Part shown: positions 1 through 12,431 of the stretch, piece by piece
How the letters are laid out: the number at the start of each line of letters is the position of its first letter
Position numbering within the stretch: the first letter of the stretch is position 1
NCBI GenBank assembly: GCA_937926515.1
Contig: CALAZZ010000227.1
Span: forward strand, 6,464-70,463
Origin: an uncultured Bacteroidales bacterium
GTDB lineage: Bacteria > Bacteroidota > Bacteroidia > Bacteroidales > F082
Direction of reading: 5' to 3'
DNA: 64,000 nt
Notes under the pieces: generated by a model
What the model was told of the DNA's origin: nothing
Seen by the model: the letters and a program-made list of their open reading frames with translations, nothing else
Databases searched by the model: none
Program-made: the position numbers and the translations under genes

Positions 1-341
1 TTGACAAAGATGAAATCCGCAGGGGCATGGTCATCGCGGCTACTGGCTCAGTCACACCACACAAGCATTTCAAAGCTGAGGTGTATATCCTGAAAAAAGA
101 AGAAGGTGGCCGTCATACACCATTCCACAACAAATATCGTCCACAGTTCTATTTCAGGACCACTGACGTTACCGGTGAGATTATCCTCCCCGAAGGTGTG
201 GAAATGGTAATGCCTGGTGACAACCTCACCATTGAAGTGCAACTGATCGCTGAGATCGCCATGAACAAAGGTTTGCGTTTCGCAATCCGTGAAGGTGGCC
301 GAACAGTGGGTGCCGGCCAGGTAACTGAGATTCTGGAATAA
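1..341 (+). CDS. tuf: Elongation factor Tu, C-terminal fragment (5' end upstream of window)
   Basis: The frame is open from base 3 ([16 protein letters not shown]...) to TAA at 339-341. The translation ...[24 protein letters not shown]...[18 protein letters not shown] matches EF-Tu domain 3. It is followed by the canonical tRNA-Trp/secE/nusG/rplKAJL/rpoBC array. Confidence 0.95.
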   Translation, partial: DKDEIRRGMVIAATGSVTPHKHFKAEVYILKKEEGGRHTPFHNKYRPQFYFRTTDVTGEIILPEGVEMVMPGDNLTIEVQLIAEIAMNKGLRFAIREGGRTVGAGQVTEILE

Positions 342-366
342 GGATCAGTCAAAATGATATAAAATT

Positions 367-408
367 GTTAAAGGTATTCTGATCCAGACATTTCGGAATA
401 CCTTTAAC
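367..408 (+). terminator. 13-bp perfect stem-loop downstream of tuf (terminator or processing hairpin)
   Basis: gttaaaggtattc (367-379) pairs perfectly with gaatacctttaac (396-408). There is no strong T-tract after it, so termination efficiency is uncertain. Confidence 0.35.
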
Positions 409-438
409 TTGCTAAATAAAAGCATAAATAAAAAGGAT

Positions 439-511
439 ACGGGTGTAGCTCAACTGGTAGAGTAGTGGTCTCCAAAACCATTGGTTGTGGGTTCGAGTCC
501 TACCACCCGTG
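439..511 (+). tRNA. tRNA-Trp (anticodon CCA)
   Basis: Hand-folded cloverleaf. Acceptor ACGGGTG/CACCCGT, D-stem GCTC/GAGT, anticodon stem GTGGT/ACCAT with loop CTCCAAA, T-arm GTGGG-TTCGAGT-CCTAC. The position between tuf and secE is conserved in bacteria. Confidence 0.9.
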
Positions 512-531
512 CAATTAAAAGTTTAGATTCA

Positions 532-729
532 ATGGCAAAATTAAGCATCGTAAACTACGCAAAGGAAAGTTACACCGAATTGTTACAAAAGGTTTCCTGG
601 CCCACATGGAGTGAGCTGCAAAGTAGTGCTATTGTCGTATCCATTGCTTCCCTTATAATAGCCCTTGTGGTTTATTTGATGGATAAGTCGTTTCAAACAA
701 TACTGGAAAACTTTTACAGGTTATTCTAA
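532..729 (+). CDS. secE: Preprotein translocase subunit SecE
   Basis: ATG at 532. The 65-aa product MAKLSIVNYAKESYTELLQKVSWPTWSELQSSAIVVSIASLIIALVVYLMD... has a single C-terminal TM helix. It sits directly upstream of nusG. The longer ORF from 481 overlaps the tRNA and was not used. Confidence 0.85.
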   Translation: MAKLSIVNYAKESYTELLQKVSWPTWSELQSSAIVVSIASLIIALVVYLMDKSFQTILENFYRLF

Positions 730-794
730 TAATTGTTTGATGCCTGCGATCTAAAAGTGTGCGTTAACAAAATCATCTCAAGTCATTGCCGGAA

Positions 795-1340
795 ATGAGT
801 GAACCGACCGAAAAAAAGTGGTATGTAGTCAGGGCTATCAGTGGTAAGGAAAAAAAGGTAAAAGAATACCTTGAATCCGAAATCACCCGTCTTGGGCTGC
901 AATCCATGATTACGCAGGTGCTCATCCCGACTGAAAAAGTGTACCAGATCCGTAAAGGAAAAAAAATCAGCAAGGAGCGAAATTATTTTCCGGGTTACGT
1001 TTTGATCGAAGCCGCTTTGACAGGCGAGATTCCGCATATCATCAGGAATATTCCAAATGTGTTGGGATTTCTTGGTACCAGAGGTGAAGCCGACCCGTTG
1101 CGTCCGTCAGAGGTAAACAGGATCCTTGGAAAGGTTGATGAACTGGCCGAAATGGGCGAGGAAGTCAATGTGCCTTTCATCATTGGTGAAACAGTTACTG
1201 TTACTGATGGGCCATTCAACAGTTTCAGTGGTGTGATTGAAGAAATTAACGAAGAAAAGAAGAAGTTGAAGGTGATGGTTAAGATCTTTGGTCGTAAAAC
1301 ACCCCTGGAGTTGAGTTTTATGCAGGTTGAGAAAGAATAA
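795..1340 (+). CDS. nusG: Transcription termination/antitermination factor NusG
   Basis: N-terminal NGN motif (KKWYVVRAISGKEKKVKEYLE) and C-terminal KOW region (GETVTVTDGPFNSFSGVIEEINEEKKKLKVMVKIFGRKTPLEL). ATG at 795 is preferred over the in-frame TTG at 786. Confidence 0.95.
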   Translation: MSEPTEKKWYVVRAISGKEKKVKEYLESEITRLGLQSMITQVLIPTEKVYQIRKGKKISKERNYFPGYVLIEAALTGEIPHIIRNIPNVLGFLGTRGEADPLRPSEVNRILGKVDELAEMGEEVNVPFIIGETVTVTDGPFNSFSGVIEEINEEKKKLKVMVKIFGRKTPLELSFMQVEKE

Positions 1341-1388
1341 ACAAACGCGCACGCTCCTTATATCACGCTTTAATTAATAAGGATAAAA

Positions 1389-1835
1389 ATGGCAAAAGAA
1401 GTAAGCGGATTAATTAAACTGCAAATCAGAGGAGGAGCTGCAAATCCTTCACCACCGGTAGGACCTGCATTGGGTGCTAAAGGTGTTAACATCATGGAGT
1501 TTTGTAAACAGTTTAACGCCCGTACACAGGATCAGGCAGGGAAAATTATCCCGGTTATTATCACTGTGTACAAGGATAAATCGTTCAACTTTATCATCAA
1601 AACCCCTCCTGTTGCCGTGCAAATAATGGAAATGGCCAAGTTGAAAAAAGGTTCTCCGGAATCAAACAGGAACAAGGTCGGCTCCATTAACTGGGATCAG
1701 GTGCGCACCATTGCTGAAGCCAAGATGAAAGATTTGAATGCTTTCACCGTGGAATCAGCCATGAAAATGGTGGCCGGCACTGCCCGAAGCATGGGTGTTA
1801 GGATTACTGGCGCAAAACCTTTTGAGAACAACTAA
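1389..1835 (+). CDS. rplK: 50S ribosomal protein L11
   Basis: The translation [44 protein letters not shown]... is the L11 signature. Operon position nusG-rplK-rplA. Confidence 0.97.
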   Translation: MAKEVSGLIKLQIRGGAANPSPPVGPALGAKGVNIMEFCKQFNARTQDQAGKIIPVIITVYKDKSFNFIIKTPPVAVQIMEMAKLKKGSPESNRNKVGSINWDQVRTIAEAKMKDLNAFTVESAMKMVAGTARSMGVRITGAKPFENN

Positions 1836-1885
1836 GGGAAAGTCCTTTGGTTGGTTGCATTTTGTAGAACCCTAAAAATTGAGTA

Positions 1886-2581
1886 ATGGCAAAATTGACC
1901 AGAAACAAAAAAGAGGCACTTGCCAAGTTCGACAAAAGCAAGATTTACTCCTTGACCGAAGCAGTTGATATCGTAAAACAAATCACGTACACCAAATTTG
2001 ATGCTTCAGTTGACCTGAACATCCGTCTGGGAGTTGACCCCCGCAAAGCCAATCAAATGGTGCGCGGCTCGGTAACCCTCCCCCACGGTACAGGTAAAAC
2101 GGCCCGGGTGCTTGTGTTATGCACACCCGAGAAAGAACAGGAAGCTAAAGATGCGGGTGCTGATTACGTTGGTTTGGATGAATACATCCAAAAGATAAAA
2201 AACGGTTGGACCGATATTGACGTTGTAATTACCACCCCCAATGTGATGCCTAAAGTAGGTGCTTTGGGTCGCATCCTCGGTCCTCGTGGCCTGATGCCAA
2301 ACCCCAAGACCGGAACGGTAACAATGGATGTGGGTAAAGCTATTGAGGAAGTAAAAGCCGGTAAAATCGACTTTAAAGTTGATAAATATGGTATCGTGCA
2401 TGCCGGAGTGGCAAAAACGAGTTTCAGTAATGATAAAATTGTTGATAACGCCAGAGAACTGATCGTTACCATCAATAAAATGAAACCCGCCGCTGCTAAA
2501 GGGACATACGTAAAAAGTATATACCTGTCGAGCACCATGAGTGCAGGCGTGCAAATCGATCCTAAGTCAGTAACAGCTTAA
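1886..2581 (+). CDS. rplA: 50S ribosomal protein L1
   Basis: 231-aa product with L1 motifs ([30 protein letters not shown]...[15 protein letters not shown]). Operon position. Confidence 0.97.
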   Translation: MAKLTRNKKEALAKFDKSKIYSLTEAVDIVKQITYTKFDASVDLNIRLGVDPRKANQMVRGSVTLPHGTGKTARVLVLCTPEKEQEAKDAGADYVGLDEYIQKIKNGWTDIDVVITTPNVMPKVGALGRILGPRGLMPNPKTGTVTMDVGKAIEEVKAGKIDFKVDKYGIVHAGVAKTSFSNDKIVDNARELIVTINKMKPAAAKGTYVKSIYLSSTMSAGVQIDPKSVTA

Positions 2582-2605
2582 CCGTAATGAAAGGAAGTTA
2601 TTGAA

Positions 2606-3130
2606 ATGAGAAAAGAAGAGAAACAGTTACTTATCGATTCCCTTACGGAACAGCTGAGCAACAGTACAAATTTTTACCTTACAGATATCTCAGATCTGAA
2701 TGCTGAAGACACCTCTAAGCTTAGAAGACTCTGTTTTAACCGGGAGGTAAAGCTTGTCGTGGTGAAGAACAAATTACTACGCAAAGCTCTTGAGAACTCA
2801 GGAAAAGAAGTAAGTGAATTGTATGATATCTTGAAAGGTGCAACATCTGTGATGTTTTCAGAATCAGGTAATGCACCCGCCAAACTGATCAAAGAGTTCC
2901 GGAAGACTTCTGAACGCCCTATATTGAAGGCAGCTTACATCGAAGAAGCAACTTACCTGGGCGATAATCAGTTGGATTATCTTGTATCCATCAAATCAAA
3001 GAATGAATTGATCGCTGACCTGATTGCATTGTTGCAATCACCAATGCAGAATGTGCTTGGCGCACTTCAATCAGGTGGCAATACAATTTCCGGTGTGCTC
3101 ACTACATTATCTGAACGATCAGAATCATAA
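2606..3130 (+). CDS. rplJ: 50S ribosomal protein L10
   Basis: 174-aa product in the rplA-rplJ-rplL position, with an L10-like N-terminal region (KQLLIDSLTEQLSNSTNFYLTDISDLNAEDTSKLRRLC). Confidence 0.93.
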   Translation: MRKEEKQLLIDSLTEQLSNSTNFYLTDISDLNAEDTSKLRRLCFNREVKLVVVKNKLLRKALENSGKEVSELYDILKGATSVMFSESGNAPAKLIKEFRKTSERPILKAAYIEEATYLGDNQLDYLVSIKSKNELIADLIALLQSPMQNVLGALQSGGNTISGVLTTLSERSES

Positions 3131-3197
3131 ACAGAATGATTATCATTCATCAATAAATTTAGAAATTAATTTGTAAATCATTAAAAACGAAAATAAA

Positions 3198-3581
3198 ATG
3201 GCAGATTTGAAAGCTTTCGCAGAACAATTGGTTAACCTCAGCGTTAAAGAGGTCAAAGAATTGGCTGACATTTTGAAAGACGAATATGGAATTGAACCGG
3301 CAGCTGCAGCCGTAGCAGTGGCAGCTGGTGGTGCCGCAGCCGGCGGAGATGCCCCGGCAGCAGAGGAACAAACATCATTTGATGTGATCCTAAAAGCCGC
3401 TGGCGCCTCAAAATTGGCTGTAGTTAAATTGGTGAAGGAACTCACAAGCCTCGGCCTTAAAGAAGCCAAGGAACTTGTTGATGCTGCACCAAAACCCATT
3501 AAAGAAGGTGTTGGTAAAGACGAAGCCAATGCATTGAAATCTCAACTTGAAGAAGCAGGTGCTGAAGTTGAGATCAAATAA
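3198..3581 (+). CDS. rplL: 50S ribosomal protein L7/L12
   Basis: 127-aa product with an Ala/Gly hinge and the conserved C-terminal domain ([56 protein letters not shown]). Confidence 0.97.
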   Translation: MADLKAFAEQLVNLSVKEVKELADILKDEYGIEPAAAAVAVAAGGAAAGGDAPAAEEQTSFDVILKAAGASKLAVVKLVKELTSLGLKEAKELVDAAPKPIKEGVGKDEANALKSQLEEAGAEVEIK

Positions 3582-3617
3582 GAAGGATAAGTTTTCTGCA
3601 AAAAACCAGGCAAATTG

Positions 3618-3658
3618 ACCTCTATCTCTATTTTGAGATAGAGGTTTACGCCTTTTTT
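3618..3658 (+). terminator. Rho-independent terminator/attenuator between rplL and rpoB
   Basis: The stem acctctatctc / gagatagaggt (loop tatttt) is followed by ttacgcctttttt. A partial terminator at this junction is well known in other bacteria. Confidence 0.6.
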
Positions 3659-3729
3659 GCAGTTTGGTGAATTAGTTCTTTTTATTTCATTAATCGCCCG
3701 CTACTAGCAGGCAATAAAAACTCAAGACC

Positions 3730-6700
3730 TTGGCAGATCAAAAATCCGAAAGAATTAGTTTTGCATCCATCGGAAATGTGATTGAGTATCCTGATTTCCT
3801 GGACATCCAGTTGCAATCATTTCAGGACTTTTTTCAACTCGAAACCAATCCCGATAACCGGAAAAATGAAGGCCTTTTTCGGGTCTTCTCCGAAAATTTT
3901 CCGATCACTGATGCCCGCAACAATTTTGTACTCGAGTTTCTCGATTACTTTATCGATCCACCTCGCTATTCAATCGAAGAGTGTATCGAACGTGGCCTTA
4001 CATACAGCGTTCCGCTCAAGGCCAAATTGAAATTATACTGCACAGATCCGGAGCACGAAGATTTCGAAACGATTGTGCAGGATGTGTACCTGGGCATGAT
4101 TCCTTATATGACGCCCAAGGGTACTTTCGTTATCAACGGCGCCGAACGCGTTGTTGTGAGCCAGTTGCACCGTTCGCCCGGCGTATTTTTCGGCACACAC
4201 AAGCATGCCAACGGAACACAGCTTTATTCGGCTAGGATTATTCCTTTCAAAGGATCATGGATGGAGTTTTCCACGGACATCAACAATGTGATGTACGCCT
4301 ATATTGACAGGAAGAAAAAGCTGCCGGTTACCACACTGCTCCGGGCCATCGGCTATGAAACGGACAAGGATATCCTTGAAATATTTAACCTGGCCGAAGA
4401 AGTAAAGGTGAGTAAGGCGGGATTGAAAAGGGTTTTGGGCCGTAAATTGGCAGCCCGTGTTGTACGCTCGTGGATTGAAGATTTCGTGGATGAAGATACC
4501 GGTGAAGTGGTTTCGATAGAACGTAATGAGGTGATCATCGAACGTGAAGTTGAATTGGAAAGCGAACATATCGATACCATAGTTGATGCCGGTATCAAAA
4601 CCGTATTGTTGCACCGGGAGGACTTTAATACCTCCGATTATGAAATCATCTTCAATACGCTTCAGAAAGATACAGCCAACTCGGAAAAGGAAGCTGTTGA
4701 ATTTATTTACAGGCAGTTGCGTAATGCTGAGCCACCTGATGAAGAAACAGCACGCGGCATCATTGATAAACTATTCTTCTCTGATAAAAGATATGACCTT
4801 GGTGAAGTAGGCCGCTATCGCATCAACCGGAAACTTGGGCTTACAACTCCCGAGGACATCAAGGTTTTAACCAAGGAAGATATCATAGAGATCATTAAGT
4901 ATCTGATCGAACTCGCAAATAAAAAGACTGAGGTAGATGACATCGACCACCTCAGCAACCGTCGTGTGAGGACCGTAGGCGAGCAACTCTACTCCCAGTT
5001 TGGTGTTGGTCTTGCCCGTATGGCACGTACCATACGTGAACGTATGAATGTGCGCGACAATGAAGTGTTTACGCCTACCGACCTGATCAATGCAAAAACA
5101 TTGTCGTCAGTGATCAATTCGTTTTTTGGGACGAATCAGCTGTCGCAGTTCATGGATCAGACCAACCCACTTTCGGAAGTGACACACAAACGGCGTGTTT
5201 CTGCCCTAGGACCAGGCGGTCTCTCAAGGGAAAGAGCCGGATTTGAAGTACGCGATGTGCATTATACGCATTATGGCCGGCTTTGCACCATAGAAACACC
5301 TGAAGGTCCAAATATCGGATTGATTTCATCTCTTTGTGTTTATGCAAAAATTAATAAGCTCGGCTTCATTGAAACACCTTACCATCCGGTAAATGAGGGT
5401 ATTGCTGATTTTAAAAACCCGCCCATCTACCTAAGTGCCGAAGAGGAAGAAGATAAAATTATTGCACAGGCAAATACGGAGGTTTCCGAAGATGGTCTGT
5501 TGAATGAAGAATTGGTAAAAGTTAGATACCTGGCTGACTATCCGATTATTGACCGTGAGAAGGTAGACCTCATGGATGTGGCACCCAATCAGATCGCCTC
5601 CATCGCAGCCTCTTTGATCCCATTCCTTGAACATGATGATGCCAACCGTGCATTGATGGGCTCGAATATGATGCGCCAGGCTGTACCCCTGCTTAGGCCC
5701 GAAGCACCAATTGTTGGCACAGGCATCGAAAGAGCTGTGGCAAAAGATTCGCGTGTACTGATCCATGCCGAAGGTGATGGTGAAGTGATTTATGTGGATT
5801 CATCTAAAATCACAATACGGTATGAACGCAGTGAAGAAGAAAAATTAGTGAGTTTCGATGAAGATGTAAAAACTTATCAACTTATCAAATTCACCCGAAC
5901 AAACCAAGGTACCAGCATCAACCTGAAACCCATCGTTAACCGTGGTGACAAGATCACAAAAGGCCAGGTTTTATGTGAGGGTTATGGAACTGAAAACGGT
6001 GAGCTGGCCATTGGCCGTAACCTTATGGTCGCTTTCATGCCCTGGAAAGGGTATAACTTTGAGGATGCCATTGTGATCTCTGAAAGGCTTGTCAAAGAAG
6101 ACGTATTTACTTCTGTTCATATTGATGAATTCAGCCTTGAGGTTCGTGATACCAAGCGTGGTATTGAAGAACTCACAAATGACATCCCAAATGTTAGCGC
6201 TGAAGCCACCAAGGATCTGGACGAAAACGGATTGATCCGCATAGGCGCCGAAGTTAATGAGGGCGATATCCTGATCGGCAAGATCACTCCAAAAGGCGAG
6301 AGTGATCCCACACCTGAAGAAAAACTTCTACGTGCAATTTTCGGTGATAAGGCAGGCGATGTGAAAAATGCTTCGCTTAAAGCACCACCGTCAATGAAAG
6401 GTGTGGTGGTTGACAAAAAGCTATTCTCGAGGATCATTAAGGACAGAAAGTCCAAAGCAAAGGACAAAGACCTCGTTGCAGAGCTTGACATACAACATAA
6501 CAAAGAAGTTCAACAACTCAAAGATAAATTGGTTGATAAGTTGAACTACTTGCTTTCCAATAAAACCTCACAGGGAGTTTACAATAATTTTAAGGAAATT
6601 GTTGTACCCAAGAAAGCAAAATTTACACAGAAAATATTGATGGGTATCAATTACGCCAATGTCAACCCCAACAAATGGACCACTGACAAGGAGCGTAATG

Positions 6701-7536
6701 AGATGATCAAAACACTCATCAATAATTACAATATCAAGCACAAGGAACTGGTCGGCATATATAATCGAAAGAAATTCGTGGCCACCGTGGGTGATGAACT
6801 ACCCAACGGGATCGTGCAGATGGCAAAAGTATATGTTGCCAAAAAACGTAAACTAACCGTAGGTGATAAAATGGCAGGCCGGCATGGTAACAAAGGTATT
6901 CTCGCCAAAATTGTTCGGGAAGAAGACATGCCATTTCTGGAAGACGGAACTGCTGTTGACATCGTGTTGAACCCGCTTGGTGTACCCTCACGAATGAACC
7001 TGGGTCAGATCTATGAAACCGTATTGGGTTGGGCAGGAAAAAAACTTGGACTTAAGTTTGCTACGCCCATCTTTGACGGTGCACATATTGACGAGATCAA
7101 CGGATACCTGTCACAAGCAGGCTTGCCCGAAAACGGCAGTGTATATTTATATGACGGTGGCACAGGTGAACGATTCGACCAGCCTGCTACCGTAGGTTAC
7201 ATCTATATGTTGAAACTTCACCATATGGTTGATGACAAGATGCATGCCCGCTCTATCGGACCTTATTCACTGATTACACAGCAACCGCTTGGCGGAAAGG
7301 CACAGTTTGGTGGACAACGTTTTGGTGAAATGGAGGTTTGGGCGCTTGAAGCCTTCGGGGCCAGCAACATACTTCAGGAGATCCTCACTGTCAAATCAGA
7401 TGATGTCGTTGGCAGGGCGAAAGCATATGAAGCCATTGTGAAAGGCGATAATATGCCAACCCCGGGCATACCCGAATCATTTAATGTACTTGTGCACGAA
7501 TTACGTGGATTAGGCCTTGAAGTCAGTTTCGACTGA
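3730..7536 (+). CDS. rpoB: DNA-directed RNA polymerase subunit beta
   Basis: 1268-aa product with the full set of conserved beta-subunit blocks (e.g. [55 protein letters not shown]). The start is assigned to the TTG at 3730 because no in-frame ATG is nearby. Confidence 0.97.
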   Translation: MADQKSERISFASIGNVIEYPDFLDIQLQSFQDFFQLETNPDNRKNEGLFRVFSENFPITDARNNFVLEFLDYFIDPPRYSIEECIERGLTYSVPLKAKLKLYCTDPEHEDFETIVQDVYLGMIPYMTPKGTFVINGAERVVVSQLHRSPGVFFGTHKHANGTQLYSARIIPFKGSWMEFSTDINNVMYAYIDRKKKLPVTTLLRAIGYETDKDILEIFNLAEEVKVSKAGLKRVLGRKLAARVVRSWIEDFVDEDTGEVVSIERNEVIIEREVELESEHIDTIVDAGIKTVLLHREDFNTSDYEIIFNTLQKDTANSEKEAVEFIYRQLRNAEPPDEETARGIIDKLFFSDKRYDLGEVGRYRINRKLGLTTPEDIKVLTKEDIIEIIKYLIELANKKTEVDDIDHLSNRRVRTVGEQLYSQFGVGLARMARTIRERMNVRDNEVFTPTDLINAKTLSSVINSFFGTNQLSQFMDQTNPLSEVTHKRRVSALGPGGLSRERAGFEVRDVHYTHYGRLCTIETPEGPNIGLISSLCVYAKINKLGFIETPYHPVNEGIADFKNPPIYLSAEEEEDKIIAQANTEVSEDGLLNEELVKVRYLADYPIIDREKVDLMDVAPNQIASIAASLIPFLEHDDANRALMGSNMMRQAVPLLRPEAPIVGTGIERAVAKDSRVLIHAEGDGEVIYVDSSKITIRYERSEEEKLVSFDEDVKTYQLIKFTRTNQGTSINLKPIVNRGDKITKGQVLCEGYGTENGELAIGRNLMVAFMPWKGYNFEDAIVISERLVKEDVFTSVHIDEFSLEVRDTKRGIEELTNDIPNVSAEATKDLDENGLIRIGAEVNEGDILIGKITPKGESDPTPEEKLLRAIFGDKAGDVKNASLKAPPSMKGVVVDKKLFSRIIKDRKSKAKDKDLVAELDIQHNKEVQQLKDKLVDKLNYLLSNKTSQGVYNNFKEIVVPKKAKFTQKILMGINYANVNPNKWTTDKERNEMIKTLINNYNIKHKELVGIYNRKKFVATVGDELPNGIVQMAKVYVAKKRKLTVGDKMAGRHGNKGILAKIVREEDMPFLEDGTAVDIVLNPLGVPSRMNLGQIYETVLGWAGKKLGLKFATPIFDGAHIDEINGYLSQAGLPENGSVYLYDGGTGERFDQPATVGYIYMLKLHHMVDDKMHARSIGPYSLITQQPLGGKAQFGGQRFGEMEVWALEAFGASNILQEILTVKSDDVVGRAKAYEAIVKGDNMPTPGIPESFNVLVHELRGLGLEVSFD

Positions 7537-7609
7537 TCAAATTAATCATGCAATCTCAATTCAGGTTGCCAGAGTTTTATTACTTGTTAAAACAAACATA
7601 AACTGATAT

Positions 7610-10600
7610 ATGGCTTACAGAAGTGATAGCACTATTAGCAGCAGTTTTTCAAAAATAACCATCAGTCTGGCCTCTCCCGAGTCAATACTGGAACGCTCAA
7701 GTGGTGAGGTACTTAAACCCGAAACCATCAATTACAGAACCTACAAGCCCGAGCGGGATGGGTTGTTCTGTGAGCGTATTTTTGGCCCTGTAAAAGACTG
7801 GGAATGTCATTGTGGTAAATACAAACGCATTCGTTACAAAGGGATTATCTGCGATCGATGCGGTGTTGAAGTTACCGAGAAAAAAGTAAGGCGTGAGCGT
7901 ATGGGACACATACAGCTGGTTGTTCCAGTCGCTCATATCTGGTACTTCAGGTCATTACCAAATAAAATAGGCGCTTTGCTTGGGCTACAGACCAAGAAAC
8001 TGGATACCATTATTTATTATGAACGGTATGTGGTTATAAATCCCGGCATAAAACAAGCCGATGGTATTGAGTACCTTGATTTCCTGACAGAAGAGGAATA
8101 TCTTGATATTGTTGACGCCCTACCGCCCGACAATCAGCACCTTCCTGATGATGATCCCAATAAGTTCATTGCGAAAATGGGTGCTGAAGCTATTCATGAC
8201 CTATTGGCACGCCTTGATCTGGATGCTGTTTCGTATGAACTTCGCCATAAGGCAAATACGGAAACGTCGCAGCAGCGTAAACAGGAAGCACTCAAACGCT
8301 TGCAAGTATTTGAAGCTTTTCGTGATGCGCGACTTAGAAGAGAAAACCGACCTGAATGGATGATCGTGAAAGTTGTTCCGGTGATTCCACCAGAACTGAG
8401 ACCACTAGTACCCTTGGATGGCGGACGTTTTGCCACCTCAGACCTTAATGACCTCTACAGAAGGGTGATCATCCGTAACAACAGGCTAAAAAGACTGATT
8501 GAGATCAAAGCTCCGGATGTGATCATGCGTAATGAAAAACGCATGTTGCAGGAAGCAGTTGACTCACTATTTGACAACTCAAGAAAAGCAAGTGCGGTTA
8601 AGACCGAATCGAACAGACCACTTAAATCGTTGAGTGATAGTCTTAAGGGAAAACAAGGTCGCTTCCGTCAAAACCTATTGGGAAAACGTGTTGACTATTC
8701 AGGCCGCTCAGTGATTGTTGTTGGTCCTGAACTTAATCTCAACGAATGTGGTATTCCAAAAGATATGGCTTCAGAGCTGTTTAAGCCTTTTATCATTCGT
8801 AAAATGCTCGAACGCGGTATTGTAAAAACCGTCAAGTCAGCCAAAAAAATTGTTGATCGAAAAGATCCTGTTGTTTGGGATATCCTTGAAAACGTCCTCA
8901 AGGGTCACCCCGTTCTCCTGAATAGAGCCCCTACCCTGCACCGTTTAGGGATACAGGCATTCCAGCCAAAACTGACCGAGGGCAAAGCCATTCAACTGCA
9001 CCCATTGGTTTGTACAGCATTCAACGCTGACTTTGATGGTGACCAGATGGCCGTACATGTGCCTCTTGGCAATGCTGCTGTGCTTGAAGCCCAGATTTTG
9101 ATGCTTGCATCACATAATATCCTGAATCCAGCAAATGGTGCACCCATCACTGTACCTTCGCAGGATATGGTACTTGGGCTTTATTACATCACAAAAGCAC
9201 GTAAAAGTACTGACGAACAGCCCGTTAAAGGTGAAGGTAAACGTTTTTATTCAGACGAGGAAGTCATTATTGCCTATAATGAGAAAAAGGTTGACCTGCA
9301 TGCCATCATCTACGTTAAAGCGACCATTCGCGAAGAAGGCAACTTGGTAGAGAAAATGATTGAAACCACTGTGGGTAGGGTGCTTTTCAACCAGGTTGTA
9401 CCCAAGGAACATGGTTTCATCAACCAATTACTCACTAAGAAAGCCCTGCGCGATATTATTGGTGAAATCGTTAAGTTGCTTGGCACTGCTGCTGCTGCAC
9501 AATTCCTTGACGACATCAAAAACCTTGGATTCCGGATGGCATTCAAAGGTGGACTTTCCTTTAACCTGGGTAATGTGGTTGTGCCCGAAGAAAAAGAAAT
9601 CCTGATTAACCAGGCCAACGAAGAGGTTGCTGAGGTGGTATCCAATTACAATATGGGGTTCATTACAAATAATGAACGCTATAATCAGATCATCGATATC
9701 TGGACACATACCAATTCACATCTTACTGCAACACTGATGCAAAAGCTCTCACAGGACGACCAGGGTTTTAACCCGGTATATATGATGCTTGATTCAGGAG
9801 CCAGGGGGTCAAAGGAACAAATTCGCCAGCTCTCAGGCATGAGGGGTCTGATGGCAAAGCCACAGAAGTCAGGTGCTACCGGCGGTGAGATTATTGAAAA
9901 TCCTATCTTGTCCAACTTCAAGGAAGGCCTTTCAGTTTTGGAATATTTTATTTCTACACACGGTGCTCGTAAAGGTCTTGCCGATACTGCACTTAAAACT
10001 GCAGATGCCGGATATCTTACACGTCGTTTGGTTGATGTTTCGCAGGATGTGGTTATTACTGAACCTGATTGTGGAACACTTAGAGGATTAACCATCTCAT
10101 CGCTAAAGAAAAGTGAAGAGGTTGTTGAAACTTTATACGATAGGATCCTCGGACGTGTTGCCTTGCATGATATCTATCACCCTCTGACCAATGAATTGAT
10201 CATACAGGGAGGAGAAGAGATCACTGAAGACATTGCTTCAGTTATTGAAAAATCTCCCATTGAGGATGTTGAGATCCGTTCGGTACTTACCTGCGAATCA
10301 AAACGTGGCGTTTGTGCCAAATGTTATGGTCGTAACCTGGCATCCGGCATGCTTGTTCAAAAAGGAGAGGCAGTGGGCGTAATTGCTGCCCAATCTATCG
10401 GTGAGCCCGGCACACAGCTTACTCTTCGTACTTTCCACGTTGGTGGTACGGCTTCTAATATTGCCATCCTTTCCAAAATCGAAGCAAAATACGATGGTAT
10501 TTTAGAAATTGATGAACTACGCTCAGTTGAATTTACAAAAGATGACCGCACCTGGGATATTGTAATAGGCAGGTCGGCTGAAATGAAGATTATTGATAAA

Positions 10601-11908
10601 AACACAGGCATAGTGCTTACTTCAAGCAATATTCCCTATGGAGCCAACCTTCATAAAAAAGTCGGTACAGAGGTTAAGAAAGGTGAGCATATTGCTGACT
10701 GGGATCCCTATAATGCTGTTATACTGTCAGAATATGATGGTAAGATTTCTTTTGAAAACATCGTGGAAGGACAGACCTACAGGGTTGAATCTGATGAACA
10801 AACAGGATACCACGAAAAAGTGATTATCGAAACACAGCAAAAAGCCAAGAACCCTTCGATAAAGATTCTGGATAAGGATAATGTATTGGTTAAAGTTTAC
10901 GACCTTCCTGTAGGCGCACACATCATGGTGGAAGAAGGCGCTGAAATTAAAGCCGGTGGTATGTTGGTCAAAATACCACGTGCCATTGGTAAATCAGGTG
11001 ACATCACCGGTGGGTTACCCAGGGTCACCGAGCTTTTTGAAGCCCGAAATCCTTCGGAACCAGCGATTGTATCAGAAATTGACGGAGTAGTATCATTTGG
11101 TAAAAAGCTAAAGCGTGGAAATCGCGAAGTGATTGTAACCTCCAAAACAGGTGAAGAAAAGAGCTACCTGATTCCAACCACAAAGCAAATTCTAGCACAG
11201 GAAAATGACTTTGTTAAAGCCGGTACACCACTTTCTGAGGGAGCAATGACTCCTGCAGATATCCTGGCAATTAAAGGACCAATGAAAGTGCAGGAGTATA
11301 TTGTGAATGAGGTTCAGGAGGTATATCGTCTACAAGGTGTTAAAATCAATGACAAACACTTTGAGGTGATTGTACGTCAAATGATGCGTAAAGTAGAAGT
11401 TGAGGATCCAGGTGATACTAAATTCCTTGAAGGTGAGCTTGTTAACAAAATCGATTTCCAGGAAGAGAATGATGAAATTTTTGGAAAAAAAGTGGTGACT
11501 GACCCTGGCGATTCAGAAACCTTAAAACAAGGCCAGATCATCAGTGCTCGTAAACTTCGCGATGAAAATTCAATGTTGAAACGCAAGGATAAATTACTTG
11601 TTGAAGCGCGTGATGCACAGCCGGCAACAGCTTTCCAGGTATTGCAAGGAATTACAAGGGCATCACTTCAAACCAACAGCTTTATCTCGGCTGCTTCATT
11701 CCAGGAGACCACCAAAGTACTAACGCTTGCTTCAATCAATGCCAAGATGGACGAACTCAATGGCCTCAAAGAAAATGTGATTGTTGGTCACAAGATCCCT
11801 GCAGGCTCCGGCCTTCGCGAATATGAAGATCTGATCGTTGGATCTCGCGAAGAATATGAAGCAGTGATGAAAGCAGCCTCCAATCCAACGAAAGTTGAAA
11901 TCGAATAA
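7610..11908 (+). CDS. rpoC: DNA-directed RNA polymerase subunit beta'
   Basis: 1432-aa product with the zinc-binding [23 protein letters not shown] and the catalytic [15 protein letters not shown] motif. Confidence 0.98.
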   Translation: MAYRSDSTISSSFSKITISLASPESILERSSGEVLKPETINYRTYKPERDGLFCERIFGPVKDWECHCGKYKRIRYKGIICDRCGVEVTEKKVRRERMGHIQLVVPVAHIWYFRSLPNKIGALLGLQTKKLDTIIYYERYVVINPGIKQADGIEYLDFLTEEEYLDIVDALPPDNQHLPDDDPNKFIAKMGAEAIHDLLARLDLDAVSYELRHKANTETSQQRKQEALKRLQVFEAFRDARLRRENRPEWMIVKVVPVIPPELRPLVPLDGGRFATSDLNDLYRRVIIRNNRLKRLIEIKAPDVIMRNEKRMLQEAVDSLFDNSRKASAVKTESNRPLKSLSDSLKGKQGRFRQNLLGKRVDYSGRSVIVVGPELNLNECGIPKDMASELFKPFIIRKMLERGIVKTVKSAKKIVDRKDPVVWDILENVLKGHPVLLNRAPTLHRLGIQAFQPKLTEGKAIQLHPLVCTAFNADFDGDQMAVHVPLGNAAVLEAQILMLASHNILNPANGAPITVPSQDMVLGLYYITKARKSTDEQPVKGEGKRFYSDEEVIIAYNEKKVDLHAIIYVKATIREEGNLVEKMIETTVGRVLFNQVVPKEHGFINQLLTKKALRDIIGEIVKLLGTAAAAQFLDDIKNLGFRMAFKGGLSFNLGNVVVPEEKEILINQANEEVAEVVSNYNMGFITNNERYNQIIDIWTHTNSHLTATLMQKLSQDDQGFNPVYMMLDSGARGSKEQIRQLSGMRGLMAKPQKSGATGGEIIENPILSNFKEGLSVLEYFISTHGARKGLADTALKTADAGYLTRRLVDVSQDVVITEPDCGTLRGLTISSLKKSEEVVETLYDRILGRVALHDIYHPLTNELIIQGGEEITEDIASVIEKSPIEDVEIRSVLTCESKRGVCAKCYGRNLASGMLVQKGEAVGVIAAQSIGEPGTQLTLRTFHVGGTASNIAILSKIEAKYDGILEIDELRSVEFTKDDRTWDIVIGRSAEMKIIDKNTGIVLTSSNIPYGANLHKKVGTEVKKGEHIADWDPYNAVILSEYDGKISFENIVEGQTYRVESDEQTGYHEKVIIETQQKAKNPSIKILDKDNVLVKVYDLPVGAHIMVEEGAEIKAGGMLVKIPRAIGKSGDITGGLPRVTELFEARNPSEPAIVSEIDGVVSFGKKLKRGNREVIVTSKTGEEKSYLIPTTKQILAQENDFVKAGTPLSEGAMTPADILAIKGPMKVQEYIVNEVQEVYRLQGVKINDKHFEVIVRQMMRKVEVEDPGDTKFLEGELVNKIDFQEENDEIFGKKVVTDPGDSETLKQGQIISARKLRDENSMLKRKDKLLVEARDAQPATAFQVLQGITRASLQTNSFISAASFQETTKVLTLASINAKMDELNGLKENVIVGHKIPAGSGLREYEDLIVGSREEYEAVMKAASNPTKVEIE

Positions 11909-11919
11909 ATACAGATATT

Positions 11920-11950
11920 AATAGCAGCTTCATTTCGTGGAGTTGCTATT
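11920..11950 (+). terminator. Imperfect hairpin after rpoC (possible partial terminator)
   Basis: aatagcagcttca (11920-11932) pairs with tggagttgctatt (11938-11950), including two G:U wobbles. It is followed by A/T-rich sequence but no clean T-run. Confidence 0.3.
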
Positions 11951-11968
11951 TAAATTAAAAATTTAATC

Positions 11969-12286
11969 ATGGCAGAACAAAAAAATAAAGGTCAGATAAA
12001 CATTGAATTGAGTGAAGAAGTTGCTGAAGGCATTTATTCCAATCTGGCAATCATCACCCACTCGCACTCAGAGTTTGTAATTGACTTTGTGAAATTAATG
12101 CCTGGTGTACAAAAAGCCAAGGTGAAATCACGAATAATTCTTACCCCTGAACATGCCAAAAGGCTGCACAGGGCACTGGTTGATAACCTTAAAAAGTTTG
12201 AGGCAACACATGGCCCCATTAAAGAGTCAAGTGGTCATGAGGGCATGCCGCCCTTTAGCCTGGGGGGGCCAACAGCACAGGCCTAA
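11969..12286 (+). CDS. DUF3467 family protein
   Basis: 105-aa product (INIELSEEVAEGIYSNLAIITHSHSEFVIDFVKLMPGVQKAKVKSRIILTPEHAKRL). It resembles the small conserved protein usually found just downstream of rpoC in Bacteroidota. Family name is from memory. Confidence 0.75.
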   Translation: MAEQKNKGQINIELSEEVAEGIYSNLAIITHSHSEFVIDFVKLMPGVQKAKVKSRIILTPEHAKRLHRALVDNLKKFEATHGPIKESSGHEGMPPFSLGGPTAQA

Positions 12287-12329
12287 ATTCTTATTTTAAA
12301 GGACAGGCCTTCAAGCCTGACCAAAAATT

Positions 12330-12369
12330 AAAGCTGCACCGAATTAATTTCAGTGCAGCTTTGGTTTTT
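12330..12369. terminator. Bidirectional rho-independent terminator between the DUF3467 gene (+) and the tricorn-like protease (-)
   Basis: The 10-bp stem aaagctgcac / gtgcagcttt is flanked by an A-run upstream and ggttttt downstream, so it can function on both strands. It sits between convergent genes. Confidence 0.65.
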
Positions 12370-12431
12370 ATGATTACAAGTATTTATACCCTAAGAGACT
12401 ATAAGCAGCTGACAAAATCTCATGCATTGGC

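Noticed and set aside
481-729. Extended SecE ORF starting with an alternative start codon at 481.
   Set aside because: It would overlap the 3' part of tRNA-Trp (439-511). The ATG at 532 gives a normal-length SecE.
3143-3529. 128-aa Ala/Ser-rich ORF antisense to rplL (and the 70-aa ORF 3159-3371).
   Set aside because: It mirrors the GC-rich Ala/Gly hinge of L7/L12 and is entirely contained in a highly conserved ribosomal protein gene. It has no start context or homology logic of its own.
3782-11586. Many 60-136-aa ORFs in alternative frames or antisense within rpoB and rpoC (e.g. 4255-4614, 6117-6503, 9685-10095, 9310-9645).
   Set aside because: They are fully embedded in strongly conserved coding sequence, have low-complexity or biased composition and no regulatory signals. 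They are typical shadow ORFs.
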